Assembly (NCBI RefSeq): GCF_032444005.1
Contig: NC_091286.1
Span: forward strand, 278,132,001-278,196,000
Length of the DNA stretch: 64,000 nt
Reading direction: 5' to 3'
Origin: Ranitomeya imitator
Taxonomy: Eukaryota
Positions 61,832-64,000 of the stretch are shown in pieces. Under the pieces are notes generated by a model, which was not told the origin of the DNA, searched no databases, and was given only the letters and a program-made list of their open reading frames with translations. Numbering within the stretch: position 1 is the stretch's first letter; every line of letters starts with the position of its first letter. Made by a program: the position numbers and the translations under genes.

Positions 61832-64000
61832 TATGACAAAATCGAAACATGTGGGCTTAGTTACTCAATTCAATGGCAGGCTCATTTTTTATCATTAAAA
61901 TCATTTAAATTAGGATTAAAATGAGCACACAGGCATGCTGAATCAATGGCTTTCATTACAGGACATACACAGTGCAGCTGTAGGGGCGAACATACCATTG
62001 GCGCCACTTGTGCAGCTGTACAGGGGCCCAAGATGTAAGGGGGTCCACTTCTATCTCCAAAGCAGCAAGAAGCTTCTGTCACAGCCGCTTAAAGGGGAGA
62101 TTCATAATGAGCTATGGAACGGCAAAGGGCCCATATACTGTTCTTCTCTTCTCTCTTGTCTGCCACTGTGCACTTGTATATTAGAATTAGTAAAAAAATA
62201 TATGACACACATACTAGATAAACTTTTCCTAGCTATTCCTAACATTGTTAAAATTTTTAAGGACACACAGCGTTTGCCAACACTAAGAAATAACTATGAA
62301 TATATTATGGCCATATGTTAAGTGGTAAATAATAAAAATATCTACATTTCCATTGGTTTGATTTGTGATATTTTAAAGGCTCCGCTCCCCTATGGTACTT
62401 TAAAAACGCCAGAAAATAATATTTTTACAATAACGATAGGAATGAAAAAAACTAAACTAAGAATGTACGTAAAAAAAAAAATATCATGAAACCTATTGTA
62501 AACTGTATTAAATTGTCCATGCATGGTAACCTTTTTTTAAGAAAAGAGGGCAACATATAAGTGTTGGTTAGTGAAGATCCATATATATCTAGTTGAACCA
62601 ATTTTTGGATAGAGATCTTTAATAATCCTTATTAATATCTGTACGATGTATAAATGGGTGAGATGGACAAGATTGGTAACAGAGACTTTATTAATTGTCC
62701 TACCATTATTTGGGTGCTCATGCTTTCCCAGGTGATTCATTCTTACATTGAAAGGACATTCATTAGATTTTGGTTGCACAGATCATGAACACCAATAAAT
62801 TATAAACTTGGTTACATCTTACTGTGTATGGCCAGCCGAATGCAGCCCTACTCTTCCTTTTATATTTTGTGGCTGGACTAGAAATGTTAAACTTCTGTGC
62901 ATGAAAAAGTTATCAATACTTGGAAGAAAAAGTCACATTTTCAACATTTTCACCAGTTTGCTTTTAGTAGGTTTATTTCGTAGAGTTTATACGCAACACA
63001 AATAAGGGATTTGCAAAAATAGTTATTCACATAGAAATTTAAAGGATACAGGTTGTAAATGAAATTAGTGTAAGATATTGTGGTGCCAGGGGTTACATTA
63101 TTTTTCTATATAAATAGGAACACCTTTTTCCTAATATAAATAATAATGGTTGACCAATGATTTTCTAAAACGTAGTTACACAACACAATGCTAGTTATAA
63201 AGTAGTATTTCATTTAGTATTGATTATCACTATTAAGTGCCAATTTTGTATCCAGTGTAATACAAAGAACACCATGACAATGGCGGGGCTGAAAATCAAA
63301 TTTCCCTATTTCAAGCCCTCTTTGTAATGTAGCAAATTGAAGAAGCCAGGAGAGCCCATCAAGTAAAAAGAGTTGGGATGTATGATTACAAATCAACATC
63401 AACCTGTAAAAAAGCATCAGAGAGCACAGACTACTTACTTGACACCGGCGTAATTTATCTTGTGGTAGTTAGTACACTTCTAGCAAACTTCTCACTTTCA
63501 GGTCTACTGAATTGTTTTTCAATGTTTTCATTGCTGATGGTTAACCATTCATGCCAGCCATGCAATACATTCCTGCCCCGCACATTTGTCTCAGTTGTCT
63601 TTGTTTGGAGTTCCCTTTCCTGGATTGGGAAAGATAATGTTTCAGGTCCTTTAAGTCAGGATTTGGATAATTGATCAGTTCAGACTTTGTATGTTGTGGT
63701 GTTCTTACAACGGAAAGGAATCCCTATACAAACTGATATCGGCTGCCTTGTTTACAGAAAACACCAATGGTGTCAACTCTTCTCTGCCATGGTAGAAGAC
63801 TAATGTTTTCAGATTCTTTAGAGGATTCTTTGATCTGTTATAACATGATTCCTGTACATTAGTTAATCAGCAATCTCAATTTAGTTTTTGGCTGTTGTGT
63901 TATAACACTATTCATACAATTTAGCGACAATGAAAGAGAGCGGGAACACGATAGTCATATAAGCAAAAAGTATAAATCTCATGAGTACGAATTTAAGGAC

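Noticed and set aside
61047-64000. VGLL2 final coding exon (expected ARRYSLCGASLLS-like)
   Set aside because: No matching sequence seen; probably beyond the window end.

Overview
Vertebrate genomic DNA, most likely an anuran frog (inferred from the repeat types). About 50 kb of nested transposon and minisatellite DNA lies upstream of the first three coding exons of VGLL2 (+ strand, 50640-61046); the last coding exon was not found in the window. Mobile content: a young but disabled chromodomain Ty3/gypsy LTR element with a Tf1/sushi-type self-priming site, a Tc1 transposon interrupted by a CR1 LINE, a non-autonomous tRNA-Ser-primed LTR element plus a solo LTR, non-autonomous Helitrons carrying minisatellites, hAT/Harbinger/piggyBac/T2-like non-autonomous elements and a Chapaev3-like fossil. 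The most striking signal is five short non-coding inserts flanked by 12-16 bp target-site duplications. One is a retrozyme-like ~325-nt monomer folded back on itself in VGLL2 intron 2, with a hammerhead ribozyme on each strand. Two more carry Penelope-type minimal hammerhead motifs (one intact, one degenerate). One is a 3.15-kb concatemer of apparently identical 437-nt structured monomers with the same fold-back geometry and no recognisable ribozyme. The fifth has no recognisable motif. Four assembly gaps (N runs) are present. All coordinates and identities were read by eye and may be off by a few bases.
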